In this document: positions 53,107-64,000 of the stretch, in pieces
How the letters are laid out: every line of letters starts with the position of its first letter
Position numbering within the stretch: position 1 is the stretch's first letter
NCBI GenBank assembly: GCA_963696385.1
Contig: CAVOKF010000003.1
Span: 1 to 64,000 of the forward strand
Length of the DNA stretch: 64,000 nucleotides
Reading direction: 5' to 3'
Origin: an uncultured delta proteobacterium
GTDB taxonomy: Bacteria; Myxococcota_A; Polyangia; Polyangiales; Polyangiaceae
Made by a program: the position numbers and the translations under genes
The notes under the pieces: model-generated
What the model saw: the letters and a program-made list of their open reading frames with translations, nothing else
Told to the model about the DNA's origin: nothing
Database searches by the model: none

Positions 53107-55965
53107 TCAATCAAGTCGGCCGATCGGAGCGATCCAAACAGCAAGGACACCACCGCCTGTAACGTGCAGCTCAAGACGGACACGTCGCGTCCGGGGCGTT
53201 TGGCCCCCAGGAAGATCAAAAAGTTGCACCTCGCCTTCGGTGATGACTGGCAAAGCCGGTCGGCCGTCCGCTGAAACCGTGGATATTGCTCCGGCTGCTG
53301 ACAGGAGCACGATGACGCGAGCGGGCCGTTTTTGAACTCCCATCTCGAGGACGACGTTCATGACGGGCGATTCGGAGGCCCATTCGTGGGCGCCGAGGGC
53401 CAGGAGGGCTTGCGCTTCGTGCGTCCGCGTAGTCACGTACGGCTCGTCCGCCAGTAGCTGTAATAGCGGCGAGCGGGCGCGTTCGTCCCCCAAGGCGCCA
53501 AGCGTGTCCGCGACAAAGGCGCGTGCGCGGACGTCCTCAAGCGCTCGAATTAGCGCGGGAACCGAAGACCGACATCGGGCGATCCGTGTGGCGGCCAGTA
53601 ATTCCCGGGCGTGCGCGAGATCGAGGGTGAGTCGTACTTGACCATTGTCTGGCACCGCTGTGGGAACCACCTCGCCCCACCAAGCGGCAAGTTCGTCGCA
53701 GGCTCTTGGGTCGCCTCGCTCAGCAAGAGCGATGGCGGCTGGACGGCGCCAGTTCGGCTCGGAGTCCCGCAGGAGACCTTCGGCGAGAGGTATAGCGGGC
53801 GAAGCTAGCCGCGTGAGGGCCAGAGAAGCCCAGCGTTCTACAACATCGTCATCGTGGCGACGCAACGTCATTTTCAGCTTGTCAGCAGTCTCCGGCACAT
53901 GAAGTGCGAAGCAGACCTCGGCCGCTTTTTGCCGGATCGCCGGATCGGCGTCATCCAGTAGCGCGGCGACGTCGATCGCAGCGTCCGTTTCGCCTTGAAG
54001 GCCACGCCGCAGAGCCTCCGGCCATACCGACTCCCTGGTCGTTTCGTACCGACCGTGCTCGGCCTCGGTGGCTCGAAGCAACGCGTGAAGCTCGCGTCCG
54101 CGCTCTCCGGTAGCCCCGAGATCCCGACGTTCAAACGGGTCATCGGCTGGCCTGTAGAGCGCGCATGCAGCGGCGCGACGCTGACATATGAAACGATCGG
54201 CGCCCTCCGCGACCAAGTTGTAGTCGTCGGTTTCGGCAAATGCAAAACCTGCGTTGAGCGCATATGCTTCGCCCGTCAGAACGGGCCCCAGGTCACGGCC
54301 CCTGACCCGGGCAGGACGCGGGATGCCGATCGCCGAGAGGACCGTCGGCAACAGGTCGATGGTTTGCACGACCGTTGAAACTCGAGAATCGGCGCGTACT
54401 CCGGGCCCCACGATTACGAGTGGCACGCGCACCTGCTCCTCGTAAACGGTCGTTCCGTGGTAGCGGCCGCCGTGCTCGCCGAACTCCTCTCCGTGGTCCG
54501 CGGTCACGATGATCACGGCCCCCGGTCGACGTCTGCGTACAAGTCGCACGATGCGACCGATCCCGTCGTCGGCGGTTGCCACTTCGCTGTCGTAGGCATC
54601 GATGTCCGCCAATCGCCCGCCGGAGAAAGGATGATCGCCGTGTGCAACGTAGGGCTCGTGAGGCTCGAAGAAATGAACCCACAGAAACATCGGCCTTCCC
54701 AGCGCGGCCGTCTCGAGATATGCGGCCACCTGCCGTTCGCGCCGTGGTGGATCCGCGAATTCGACCTTGGCATACTCGAAGCCAAGGTGGTCTTCCTCGA
54801 GTTGACCGAATTTTTCTTCGTCGATGAAAAAGACCGCCGGCGGATAGAATGCGGCTGTCCGCCAACCGTAACGGCGGACGTACTGCGCCAAGGTCTCTGA
54901 ACTCGCCCCCAGGCCCAGTGCGAGAAGCGGGCGCAAGTACTTGCCCGTCATCATCGAAGTAATCGAGTACGAAGTATGAGGCGTTGGACAATAGGCGCTG
55001 ACGAAGAGTGTCCCCTCACGCGCCAGGGCGTCGATGTTCGGGGTGGTCGCGCGAGCATATCCATATGCCGAGACATGATCGGCCCTGAGCGCGTCGACCG
55101 TTAACAGTACGACGTCGCGATCCGACCAACTGAGTGATCGGGCAACCTCCGCGGGTGCCAGCCGGACCTCTTCCCCGCGTGAATCGTTCGACTGGGGGGG
55201 GTGCAGTCGCATCGCAACGACCACGGTCGGACCTAGCAACGGGGCGTGCTCCACGAGTAGAATCCGCAAATTCGTCGCTCCCTCCAGCGCTGACAGTGAG
55301 CGGGGCACTCTTGCGACGGACTCGATGACGAGGACGGCGACTAGCGCCGCGCCGATTCGCGACAGGACCCGATGCGGCCTCGTCTCGCAGCGAATGGCAA
55401 ATGCCAATAATGCGGCTCCCATGAGCATCGCCACAAACAACGCTATATGAAATGCGGGATAGAGTCGTGGAAGAACGTAGGCGTCGGCGAGCCACGATAC
55501 GGTAGCCAATAGTAGTGCTTGAAGGGCGAGCAACATGGGGCGACGTCGCAGCAGCCTGAGGCGGCGCACGCCAAAAACACTCGCGCAGGCCGAGACGATC
55601 GAAATGGTAACGACAAACGCGCTCCGCAGTTCGGGGTTCGCGAAGTGTCTTCCGCCGGAGACCCCCCATGCAAGCGCCGCTCCGGCCAAGATACCGCACG
55701 TCGCCAGCACCCATGAGGCCATGCGTGAGCGACTCGTAGCCGTTCGCCACGCCGCGGCTACAACGAGGGCTGCTGGCGTCAAGCCGGCCGTGGCGAGTGG
55801 GACCGCGGCGCGCCTCGCAAGCGCAATTTCCCAGATTCCCGAAAACTGATCGCGCTCCACGAATCCGAGTACGACCGTTTCGGCGACGAGCGCTCCAGTC
55901 CAAACTGCGAGTACGGCCGCTGCATCAACCAACCATGAAAGAATTCGCAGCGAACGGATGTTCAT
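53107..55965 (-). CDS. membrane sulfatase-like protein with HEAT repeats
   Basis: N-terminal TMs; TVDALRADH, EPHEPY, TADHGEEFGEHG. Confidence 0.85.
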   Translation of the reverse strand: MNIRSLRILSWLVDAAAVLAVWTGALVAETVVLGFVERDQFSGIWEIALARRAAVPLATAGLTPAALVVAAAWRTATSRSRMASWVLATCGILAGAALAWGVSGGRHFANPELRSAFVVTISIVSACASVFGVRRLRLLRRRPMLLALQALLLATVSWLADAYVLPRLYPAFHIALFVAMLMGAALLAFAIRCETRPHRVLSRIGAALVAVLVIESVARVPRSLSALEGATNLRILLVEHAPLLGPTVVVAMRLHPPQSNDSRGEEVRLAPAEVARSLSWSDRDVVLLTVDALRADHVSAYGYARATTPNIDALAREGTLFVSAYCPTPHTSYSITSMMTGKYLRPLLALGLGASSETLAQYVRRYGWRTAAFYPPAVFFIDEEKFGQLEEDHLGFEYAKVEFADPPRRERQVAAYLETAALGRPMFLWVHFFEPHEPYVAHGDHPFSGGRLADIDAYDSEVATADDGIGRIVRLVRRRRPGAVIIVTADHGEEFGEHGGRYHGTTVYEEQVRVPLVIVGPGVRADSRVSTVVQTIDLLPTVLSAIGIPRPARVRGRDLGPVLTGEAYALNAGFAFAETDDYNLVAEGADRFICQRRAAACALYRPADDPFERRDLGATGERGRELHALLRATEAEHGRYETTRESVWPEALRRGLQGETDAAIDVAALLDDADPAIRQKAAEVCFALHVPETADKLKMTLRRHDDDVVERWASLALTRLASPAIPLAEGLLRDSEPNWRRPAAIALAERGDPRACDELAAWWGEVVPTAVPDNGQVRLTLDLAHARELLAATRIARCRSSVPALIRALEDVRARAFVADTLGALGDERARSPLLQLLADEPYVTTRTHEAQALLALGAHEWASESPVMNVVLEMGVQKRPARVIVLLSAAGAISTVSADGRPALPVITEGEVQLFDLPGGQTPRTRRVRLELHVTGGGVLAVWIAPIGRLD

Positions 55966-55991
55966 CCCAGGGGCTCACGATTGCGACGCGC

Positions 55992-56465
55992 TCAGCCGAA
56001 CACGATATCCAAGACTTCGTAGGTGCGCTCTCCACCTGGCATCTGCATCTTCACCTCGTCGCCCACTTGCTTACCGATGAGTGAACGGGCGAGTGGGCTC
56101 GTGATGCTAATGCTGCCTTTGGACAGATTGGCCTCGTCGGCCCCCAGAATACGGTACGTAACCTCCTCGCCCGTGTCAGCGTTGGCGAGCTTCACGGCGG
56201 CGCCGAAGGCCACACGGTCGCCCGCCAATTTGCGCGGGTCGATGACCTCTGCCAGCGCGAGCTTGTTCTCGATTTCCTTGATCCGGCCCTCGACGAAGGA
56301 TTGACGATCGCGTGCGGCATGATACTCTGCGTTCTCGCTGAGGTCGCCGTGCTCGCGGGCCGTTGCGATTGCTTGAATGATGGCGGGGCGCTCGATGCTC
56401 TTCAGGTGGTTAAGCTCGTCGCGGAGCCGCAACGCACCTTCAGGTGTAATTGGGTTTTTCTGCAT
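55992..56465 (-). CDS. greA: transcription elongation factor GreA
   Basis: [27 protein letters not shown]. Confidence 0.96.
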   Translation of the reverse strand: MQKNPITPEGALRLRDELNHLKSIERPAIIQAIATAREHGDLSENAEYHAARDRQSFVEGRIKEIENKLALAEVIDPRKLAGDRVAFGAAVKLANADTGEEVTYRILGADEANLSKGSISITSPLARSLIGKQVGDEVKMQMPGGERTYEVLDIVFG

Positions 56466-56949
56466 GGCGAACGCGGTTTTACCGTGGTGCTGATAAGGTG
56501 TCACCAGGTTCCGCCGGTTTCGTGTGGGAGGGGCCCGGCGGGGCGACCCCGCCGCCCTATCCCGATTTTCCGTCCTGCGCAACCAGCGGTGCGGCTCCGC
56601 ATCCGGCGGTTCGGCAAGGTGGGGCAAATATTAGGCAAGATTCCGCGCGCCCGAGGTTGCCGAAGTGGCTCGCAGGCAGGGCGATGTTGATGGTCAGGCT
56701 GAGTTTCTCCGCCAGCTTCTGGTGTTCGTGGCAACTGTCGCGGCCTTCTGCTCGGAAAGTCCGAGAGCAGGAGTTCGCGATAGACGGTGGCTTCTCGCTT
56801 CCGGTGTTTCGGTCGCAGAGCTTCAAGCGCATCACTGCGCCTTTCGACTCGTTGATGCGAAGCCGCAGCTTTGACAAGAGATACCGCAGCATCCGCATCA
56901 CGCGTTCGCCCGCGCGCCGCGACCGTATGACACGTTGACGTCGTCGGCG

Positions 56950-57290
56950 TATGTGGCTGGGAGAACGAGCCACCCAAAACGGGGCTTGGGGCGCCGAGCA
57001 TGCGTATCACCGGACGATGATTACAGGTCAAGGCTCATCCGTGGATGGAAGCGCTGCGCTGATGCATGAGGCTAAGCGCAAATATCGCAATTCAAAATAT
57101 GCTCGCCTTCGGAATTTCGGATGGCGATGCCGACCCTGCGAACAGGAGAAATTTTCGGACGCGGTCCAATGAATACAAGGAAGAATACAAGGAACTCCGC
57201 CACGCCCATCGGTCCGACGAGGAGGACATTGCGGAAGCGCGACCACGCAGGGCGGATGCGACGTTTGCCGAGGTCCATTCACGCCCGCTA
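56950..57290 (+). pseudogene. degenerate partial duplicate of bamD
   Basis: aligns by eye to 57711-58035 with many indels (MHEAKRKY..SKYAR, EQEKFSDA, HAHRSDEEDI). Confidence 0.8.
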
Positions 57291-57637
57291 CTCGCCACAC
57301 ATCGGCGTTGTAGGCCAATTTGCGGCTGGATGCTTTCCTCCGGGACCAAGTACTACGGCTACTCCGGATGCCGATTACCATGGCTCGGCGATCAGTGCAA
57401 CCGCCCGGCTTGAGATCAGCATGGCGCTCTCCGGTGATGGCGCAGTCCACGTCGACCTTGCGCCGGCCCCCTCCCCGGGAGTTACAGAGAAGCTTCATTT
57501 GCTCGGGCGTGCGCTTTTGAGGCGCGCGCGCGCCGACCGGGCGTCGCCTCCGCGACGACTGGTACGGTGGCGAGCCGAACCCTAAGCGCGTTACAGGCGC
57601 TAGCGTCGCTTGAAGCGCTTGACTAGGCTCTGCTCCA

Positions 57638-58495
57638 ATGAGCTGGGGACGCGCGACTCCTCTTGTCTTCGCGGTGATCGCGCTCACCGCGCCGCCCATC
57701 TGCATCGCTCTATGTGGCTGCGAGAACGAGCCACCCAAGACGGCGCTTGGGTACGCCGAGGGCGCCAAGCATGCGTATGACCAGGCAATGATACAATTCA
57801 AGGCTCATCAGTGGATGGAAGCGCAGACACTGATGCATGAGGTTAAGCGCAAGTATAGCTACTCGAAATATGCGCGCCTTGCGGAACTTCGGATAGCAGA
57901 TGCCGACTTCGAACAGGAGAAATTTTCGGACGCGATCCGTGAGTACAAAGAATTCATCCACGCCCATCGATCCGACGAAGAGGACATTTCGTATGCGCGA
58001 TCACGCATCGCGGATGCGACGTTTGCTGAGATCCCAGAGTCGTTCCTGATGCCTGCATCGGAAGAGCGCGACCAAGCGAGTGTCGTGGATGCTTACAAGG
58101 AGCTATTGGCATTTCTAGCAGATTACCCACACGCCGGGGAGGTCGCGCACGTCCGTGAACTACTGGGAAAAGTCACGGCGCGCCTGATTCGCCACGAACT
58201 ATACGTCGCAAGGTTTTACTTGGGCAAAGACAATTACGGAGCGGCGGTCGCTCGCATTCGGTACGCCCTCACAAGGTATCCAGACCCGGCAGCGAGCCCC
58301 GACGCCAATGCTCCCGTGGAGGACCATGAGCTCCAAGCCGAGGGGCTCCTTCTGTTGGGCGAGACCTTTCTGAAGATGCGCAGATGGGACGACGCCCGCC
58401 ATTCGTTTGAAGTCATCATAAGCACCCATGGCCGCACCCCGGCCGCCGTCCAGGCGAGAAACTATCTCGCGTCGATGCGCGATCGCGGAGGATGA
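57638..58495 (+). CDS. bamD: outer membrane protein assembly factor BamD
   Basis: lipobox-like Cys, AELRIADADF, RDQ, HELYVARFYL. Confidence 0.88.
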   Translation: MSWGRATPLVFAVIALTAPPICIALCGCENEPPKTALGYAEGAKHAYDQAMIQFKAHQWMEAQTLMHEVKRKYSYSKYARLAELRIADADFEQEKFSDAIREYKEFIHAHRSDEEDISYARSRIADATFAEIPESFLMPASEERDQASVVDAYKELLAFLADYPHAGEVAHVRELLGKVTARLIRHELYVARFYLGKDNYGAAVARIRYALTRYPDPAASPDANAPVEDHELQAEGLLLLGETFLKMRRWDDARHSFEVIISTHGRTPAAVQARNYLASMRDRGG

Positions 58496-58518
58496 TCGGC
58501 TTCGCTGTACACCACGAC

Positions 58519-60033
58519 ATGGCGGACTCTTCTTCCCGTACCAGTCCATCGACGGCGCCTCCCGGTGCCCCGGCGCCGCGTACAGTTCTCGTCGTCGATG
58601 ACGAGAAAAACATCCGGCGCGCGCTGCAGCTGGTGCTTGAAGGAGAAGGCTATCATGTGCTGGGTGCGGAGACGGCTGGGCAAGCGTTGGCTGTGCTCGT
58701 GAGCCCGGAGACTCCTGTCGATCTAGTTGTGCTTGACGTGCAGCTTCCAGACAAGAGCGGGCTCGAGGCTCTCGCGAAGCTGCGCTGCGATGAGGCGACG
58801 CGGGATCTGCCCATCATCGTCATTAGCGGACACGCAACGGTCGACGACGCCGTTCAGGCGATCAAGTTGGGCGCAAGTGATTTTTTCGAGAAGCCACTTG
58901 CTCGCGAACGCGTGCTCGTCAGCGTGCGGAATGTGCTTGACGCAGCCAAGACGCGACGCGAGCTTGAGCGCGTCACCGAGCAACAACTGCAACGTTATGA
59001 AATGATTGGCAGAAGTTTTCCAATCCAACGCTTGTTCCGGGACATGGAAAAGGTGGCGCCAACGAAAGCTTCCGTCCTCATCACGGGCGAGAGCGGTACG
59101 GGCAAGGAGCTCATCGCCCGCGCCCTTCACCGTCTGAGCCCTCGCGCAGATGGTCCGTTCGTGAAGGTCAATTGTGCGGCGATTCCACGCGAGCTCATCG
59201 AAAGCGAGCTTTTCGGCCACGAGAGGGGGGCTTTTACGGGCGCGCTCTTACGCCGTCGCGGACTGTTCGAGCAGGCGCATGGCGGAACCCTTTTCTTGGA
59301 CGAAATCGGCGATATGGACGTCGTTGCGCAGGCTAAGGTCTTGCGCGCAGTTCAATCCGGTGAGGTGTCGCGCGTCGGTAGTGAGCACGTAATCCACGTC
59401 GATGTTCGAGTGCTCGCCGCAACGAACAAGGACCTCGCACGCGCCGTCGAAAACGGTACGTTCAGAGATGACCTATTCTTTCGGTTGGCCGTATTTCCTA
59501 TTCGCAGCCCTGCGCTACGTGAGCGGGTTGAGGATATCCCGCTTCTGGCCAACGCCTTTATGGGCCAGTTCGCACACGAAAATGGCACTCGTCCCAAGCC
59601 TATCGACGATGCCGTGATGCAGGCTCTCGCCGCGCGAAAATGGCCCGGAAACGTGCGCGAGCTGAAGAACGTCGTGGAACGTAGCGCAATCCTAAGCGGA
59701 GACCGTGTTACTATAGCGGATCTGCCTGAAGATCCACACGCCAGTCCGTTCGAGGAGGAGCCGGAGTCAGCAGCGGCTGCCGAAGCGGCCACTGCGGAGC
59801 CGATCGACGAGGACAGTCCGTCGGAATCGGCGCGATCGCTTTCCCCTTCCCTCCCGGGGCTCAAGCACCTGACTTTGCGGGAGTTCCGGGAAAAGTCCGA
59901 ACGGCGATATATCGTCGACACGCTCAAGATGACGGGGTGGAACATCACTCGTACCGCCATTTTGCTCGGAGTTGAGCGAACAAATTTGCACAAAAAAATT
60001 CGTGCCTATGAAATAAAGCGTGGAGAGCGATGA
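58519..60033 (+). CDS. sigma-54-dependent response regulator (NtrC/NtrX family)
   Basis: REC domain; GESGTGKE, ESELFGHERGAFTGA, WPGNVREL; Fis-type HTH. Confidence 0.93.
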   Translation: MADSSSRTSPSTAPPGAPAPRTVLVVDDEKNIRRALQLVLEGEGYHVLGAETAGQALAVLVSPETPVDLVVLDVQLPDKSGLEALAKLRCDEATRDLPIIVISGHATVDDAVQAIKLGASDFFEKPLARERVLVSVRNVLDAAKTRRELERVTEQQLQRYEMIGRSFPIQRLFRDMEKVAPTKASVLITGESGTGKELIARALHRLSPRADGPFVKVNCAAIPRELIESELFGHERGAFTGALLRRRGLFEQAHGGTLFLDEIGDMDVVAQAKVLRAVQSGEVSRVGSEHVIHVDVRVLAATNKDLARAVENGTFRDDLFFRLAVFPIRSPALRERVEDIPLLANAFMGQFAHENGTRPKPIDDAVMQALAARKWPGNVRELKNVVERSAILSGDRVTIADLPEDPHASPFEEEPESAAAAEAATAEPIDEDSPSESARSLSPSLPGLKHLTLREFREKSERRYIVDTLKMTGWNITRTAILLGVERTNLHKKIRAYEIKRGER

Positions 60034-60046
60034 CGGTGCGGGGTGG

Positions 60047-60499
60047 CTAGAGTCGCCCGGTGGAGCCGTATCCGCCGGTCGAGCGGACAGTCACGTCGAG
60101 CTCGCCGACAACAACCAGCTCGGCATGCGCGACCGGCGCGATCACGAGTTGCGCGATGCGCTCAAAGGGAGCGATAGTCGCAGGCTGTTCGCTAAGGTTG
60201 ACGAGAACGACGTGCACTTCACCGCGGAAATCGCTGTCAATCGTCCCTGGAGCGTTTAGCACGGTCACCCCCGTACGCGCTGCGAGGCCTGACCGAGGGC
60301 GAACCTGCCCCTCAAACCGCGCTGGAATCGCGAAAACGAGCCCAGTCGGAACTCGAACGCGACCGAGGGAGGCGAGCGTCCAAGGCTCGTCGATCGCGGC
60401 ATGCAGATCCATGCCTGCCGCCCCTTCGGTCTGGTAGCGCGGAAGTGGCACGTGGACGAGGCCCATGCGGGCCACGCGGATGCGAAGGTCGGGGACCAC
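60047..60499 (-). CDS. dut: dUTP diphosphatase
   Basis: [35 protein letters not shown]. Confidence 0.95.
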   Translation of the reverse strand: MVPDLRIRVARMGLVHVPLPRYQTEGAAGMDLHAAIDEPWTLASLGRVRVPTGLVFAIPARFEGQVRPRSGLAARTGVTVLNAPGTIDSDFRGEVHVVLVNLSEQPATIAPFERIAQLVIAPVAHAELVVVGELDVTVRSTGGYGSTGRL

Positions 60500-60577
60500 G
60501 TCACGAGTCTACTCGGTAGGCTCCATATACTGCCACGTCTTGACGTCGGCGGGGTGCCTGGTACTCGACTTGTGGAA

Positions 60578-62131
60578 ATGCACGCCGGCCGCGAGCTCGT
60601 ACTCATCCTGGATTTCGGCGCACAGTACGCTCAGCTGATCGCGCGGCGCGTGCGCGAGCAACGTGTTTATTGCGAGATCCATCCGTGTACAGCCCCGTTC
60701 GAACAGATCTGCGCTTGGGCGCCCCGGGCGATCGTTCTGTCGGGTGGCCCGGCCAGCGTCTATGCCGATGCCGCACCGGCAGTCGATGAGCGCATTTTCG
60801 CGCTAGGTGTACCCGTGCTGGGCATTTGCTACGGACTTCAGCTCATGGCGCAGATGCTCGGTGGGCGCGTCGAGCAGGCTGGCTCGCGTGAGTACGGGCA
60901 TGCTCGGGTACTCGTCGAGCGGCAGGAGGCAATCTTTCATCGCTTTGCAAGGGGAGAGGCGCTGGACGTGTGGATGTCTCATGGCGATCGCATCACGGCG
61001 CTTCCGCCTGGCTTTCAAACCCTCGGAGTGTCCGCCAATACTCCATTCTGTGCGGTCGGTGATGCGGCGCGCCGATTCTACGGCGTTCAATTTCATCCTG
61101 AGGTCGTTCACACTCCACGGGGCGCTGATCTGCTCGCCGCGTTCTTGTTCGACGTAGCGGGCCTCCGTCCCGCGTGGACGCCGGGAGCCTTTACCGATCT
61201 CGCGGTCGCCGAAGTGCGTTCGAAGGTCGGACCGACTGACTCGGTATTGTGCGGCCTGTCGGGTGGAGTGGACTCTTCGGTGGCGGCCGTCTTATGCCAC
61301 CGCGCACTCGGCGACCGCCTCACCTGCATTTTCGTAGACAATGGTTTGTTGCGACTGGGGGAGGCGGAACAAGTTGTCTCAACGTTCCAAAAAAGCCTGC
61401 AGTTGAACATCGTGGCTGTTGACGCGCGTGATAAGTTCTTGTCAGCGCTTCACGGAGTGACCGATCCGGAAAAAAAACGCAAGGCAATCGGTCGAATTTT
61501 CATCGACGTATTCGAAGAAAAGGCTCGCGGAGTTCGTGATGCAAAGTGGCTCGTCCAAGGAACGCTTTATCCCGATGTGATCGAGAGTGTCAGTTTAAAG
61601 GGGCCGAGCGCCATCATCAAAAGCCACCACAATGTGGGTGGCTTGCCGGACACGATGAATCTCAAGCTCATCGAGCCGTTGCGCGAGCTGTTCAAGGATG
61701 AGGTTCGCGCTGCGGGCGAAGAGTTGGGCATGGCAAGACATCTGCTTTGGCGTCATCCGTTTCCTGGCCCGGGGCTCGCGGTTCGTTGCGTCGGCGAGGT
61801 CACCGCGGCACGACTCCAGGTCCTGCGTGCGGCTGACGCGGTCGTCGTGGATGAAATCAGGTCGGCGGGGCTCTACGACTCAATCTGGCAAGCATTCGCG
61901 GTGTTGCTGCCGGTAAGGAGCGTGGGCGTCATGGGTGACGAACGGACGTACGAAGAGACTTGTGCGATCCGCGCAGTTCACTCAATCGATGGAATGACGG
62001 CAGATTGGGCTAAGCTTCCGTATGATGTATTGGAGCGCATCTCTTGCCGAATTATCAATGAAATACGTGGAATTAACCGAGTGGTTTTCGACGTTACGAG
62101 CAAGCCCCCCGGAACCATCGAATGGGAGTGA
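60578..62131 (+). CDS. guaA: GMP synthase (glutamine-hydrolysing)
   Basis: [36 protein letters not shown]. Confidence 0.97.
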   Translation: MHAGRELVLILDFGAQYAQLIARRVREQRVYCEIHPCTAPFEQICAWAPRAIVLSGGPASVYADAAPAVDERIFALGVPVLGICYGLQLMAQMLGGRVEQAGSREYGHARVLVERQEAIFHRFARGEALDVWMSHGDRITALPPGFQTLGVSANTPFCAVGDAARRFYGVQFHPEVVHTPRGADLLAAFLFDVAGLRPAWTPGAFTDLAVAEVRSKVGPTDSVLCGLSGGVDSSVAAVLCHRALGDRLTCIFVDNGLLRLGEAEQVVSTFQKSLQLNIVAVDARDKFLSALHGVTDPEKKRKAIGRIFIDVFEEKARGVRDAKWLVQGTLYPDVIESVSLKGPSAIIKSHHNVGGLPDTMNLKLIEPLRELFKDEVRAAGEELGMARHLLWRHPFPGPGLAVRCVGEVTAARLQVLRAADAVVVDEIRSAGLYDSIWQAFAVLLPVRSVGVMGDERTYEETCAIRAVHSIDGMTADWAKLPYDVLERISCRIINEIRGINRVVFDVTSKPPGTIEWE

Positions 62132-62134
62132 GCT

Positions 62135-62509
62135 GTGTTCAGCCCCCCAGGTGATTATTTATCATTATTCGGCGCAAGCGAAGAGCACTTCCGTCTCCTC
62201 CGCTTGCGATTGTTCGGGTCGTGGGTCCTGTCCGCTTTCATGCTTGGCTGCTTTCCCGCACAATCGCCGGCGCAGAGAACGGTCAGCTTGAGGATCCAAG
62301 GCTTCACGCCGGAGGCGACTGTAGAGATCGATGAAGAGGTGCTCGGAACGCTCGCTTTCGTCGCCGCGCACGGTGTGGCGCTCCCGCTTGGTGTCCACCA
62401 TTTGACCGTTCAAGCGCCGGGCTACTTTCCGTGGGACCGAACGGTCGAGGCAAAACTGGGCTCGGCGCTGATTCAATTGCACGTGGTACTAACGCCTGTA
62501 CCCAAGTGA
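62135..62509 (+). CDS. PEGA-domain protein
   Basis: PEATVEID..LG, G.HHLTVQAPGY. Confidence 0.7.
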   Translation: MFSPPGDYLSLFGASEEHFRLLRLRLFGSWVLSAFMLGCFPAQSPAQRTVSLRIQGFTPEATVEIDEEVLGTLAFVAAHGVALPLGVHHLTVQAPGYFPWDRTVEAKLGSALIQLHVVLTPVPK

Positions 62510-63181
62510 GGTGGCGATTCGAGCGGGAACCGCTATGTCGGAGGCGGATTGATTCAATCGAATTGGCTTTGAACCGCGTAGGGTATCCGGCCCCCGTGTG
62601 CTTTCGGCAAGCACGCGTGAGTTTGCGGTCGTCGGCCCGCAGCCTCGCCCACGGAGGCGAGGTGCGACATCAGCGGACGAGGACACGGCAGGACGACTCT
62701 GGATGCGGTTCGCGAGCGAATCTCGCGCTGGCTGTCCAGCGGAGCGGACCTGGCATTCCGCTGCCCGAAGAGCTCTGGACGGCGCTTGTCAGGCGTTCGT
62801 CGAAGTCAACGTGAGCGGCTGTGCACGACGGCGAAGACGGTCGTCCGCCTCGAAGGGACAACACCCGCAGCCGCGCGATGCTGGTCCGGTTGCCAACCAG
62901 ATCCCGGCGAGGATAGCGAGGACGCGAGCACGGTGCATGTGTCATTGTGGGACGGCTTGACATGGCACGAGTTTTGCGCGACATTTGGTTCATATTATGT
63001 CGAACCGCGCAATCTGGAACGTAAAGAAGCGTCACGAGTGGCTCGCAACGCCTCTCAAGGCGAAACGCGTCAAACGTGCGCAGCGGCTACGCTGCGGACT
63101 TCAGGACGCAATTAATCGCAAATCCGGCACCGTCAACAACGCCGAGAGCTGATCGTTCTGACCGGGACGCGCGCGGCCTGG

Positions 63182-63943
63182 TCACGGCGTGAGGCGGTAG
63201 CGCACAACGGCTGTCAACACCAGTGCCAGGGGCGGAGTTGTGGCCATTAGCGCCGGAATTAGTTGGGCTGCCGCTGCCTGGAACAAGAAGATCGTTGCGC
63301 CCGCCGAAATGCCAATAGCCGCTAGGGCGTTGCGCGCAATCGGCACCCGGGACATTGACCCCCTGCCCAAGGGGGCGAGCAGCGCATAAGCCCACCACAG
63401 GGCCGTGCCCACCCCGGCAATTGCGGTCGCGAGTCCAGCTGCAGCACGAGCCGCGGGGATCCGTGGGATTGAGGGAACTTGGGATCCAGCCTCCGGCGTT
63501 CGTATTGGTTCGCCGTGCTTGCCGACGCGGAGATGCTGCAGAGGATCGACGAACGCGTCGCCGTCCCAACGCCACTCGGCCGCGTGCCGCGCGGTTGGAT
63601 AGAAGCCCTGAACGCTAATTGCAGAGACTGTCCATATGGCGAGCGCCGCAATGAGCGCAGTGGTCGCGCCGCCGGCCACCGCATACGCGGCAATCTCCCC
63701 GCGCGTTCGACCCAGCGCCGCCAGTGCAACCGCCTCCCCGTGGGCCCGAATCTGAGCCAATGCGCCCCATACCCCCACGGCCGCACATAGGGGTGCAAGT
63801 GGGATCGCGCGCCCGGCGCGCTCGCCCCATGAAATCCCCCCCTCGTCCGTCGCCACCGTGAGGAGCCAAGTGAGGCCAAGCGCTAGCGTCGCGACGCCCG
63901 CCGAGCGGGCGAAGATGGCGATGTCCCAGACGGTTGCTCGCAT
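63182..63943 (-). CDS. integral membrane protein, weak LptF/G-like motif
   Basis: several hydrophobic segments; GEAVALAALG. Confidence 0.55.
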   Translation of the reverse strand: MRATVWDIAIFARSAGVATLALGLTWLLTVATDEGGISWGERAGRAIPLAPLCAAVGVWGALAQIRAHGEAVALAALGRTRGEIAAYAVAGGATTALIAALAIWTVSAISVQGFYPTARHAAEWRWDGDAFVDPLQHLRVGKHGEPIRTPEAGSQVPSIPRIPAARAAAGLATAIAGVGTALWWAYALLAPLGRGSMSRVPIARNALAAIGISAGATIFLFQAAAAQLIPALMATTPPLALVLTAVVRYRLTP

Positions 63944-64000
63944 CGGCGTGCCACGCTACGTCCTGCGTTCGGGCAAAGCGAGACCGCGAGAACGAGAAAG

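Overview
High-GC bacterial DNA; protein style and gene content suggest a myxobacterium (Polyangiaceae/Sorangiineae-like; inference). 1-44.3 kb is a heavily decayed accessory region ending at a tyrosine integrase that abuts tRNA-Glu. It holds an IS21 element, three toxin-antitoxin-like pairs, many gene remnants, a twice-present 100-bp MITE and a group II intron fragment. It also holds two peptide/protein-modification clusters. (i) ~17-32.8 kb: a Pro/Thr-repeat substrate gene flanked by PqqD/RRE-fused GT96/GT95-like glycosyltransferases, two 2OG-Fe(II) hydroxylases, two GT60 (Skp1-Hyp GlcNAc transferase-like) enzymes, an O-fucosyltransferase-like protein and a GDP-mannose 3,5-epimerase-like gene. 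This is a candidate leader-guided, eukaryote-like hydroxyproline/Ser/Thr glycosylation system and the main finding. (ii) 32.9-38.4 kb: a lasso-like RiPP locus (B1, B2, kinase, nucleotidyltransferase, radical SAM, YxxPxL precursor) with no cyclase. 44.3-64 kb is core chromosome: tRNA-Glu/Gln, degraded groES, groEL, an ORF-less group II intron in a groEL duplicate, helicase, bamB-like, greA, bamD, sigma-54 regulator, dut, guaA. All family calls come from motif recognition by eye, not database searches. Single-base frameshifts could be sequencing errors.
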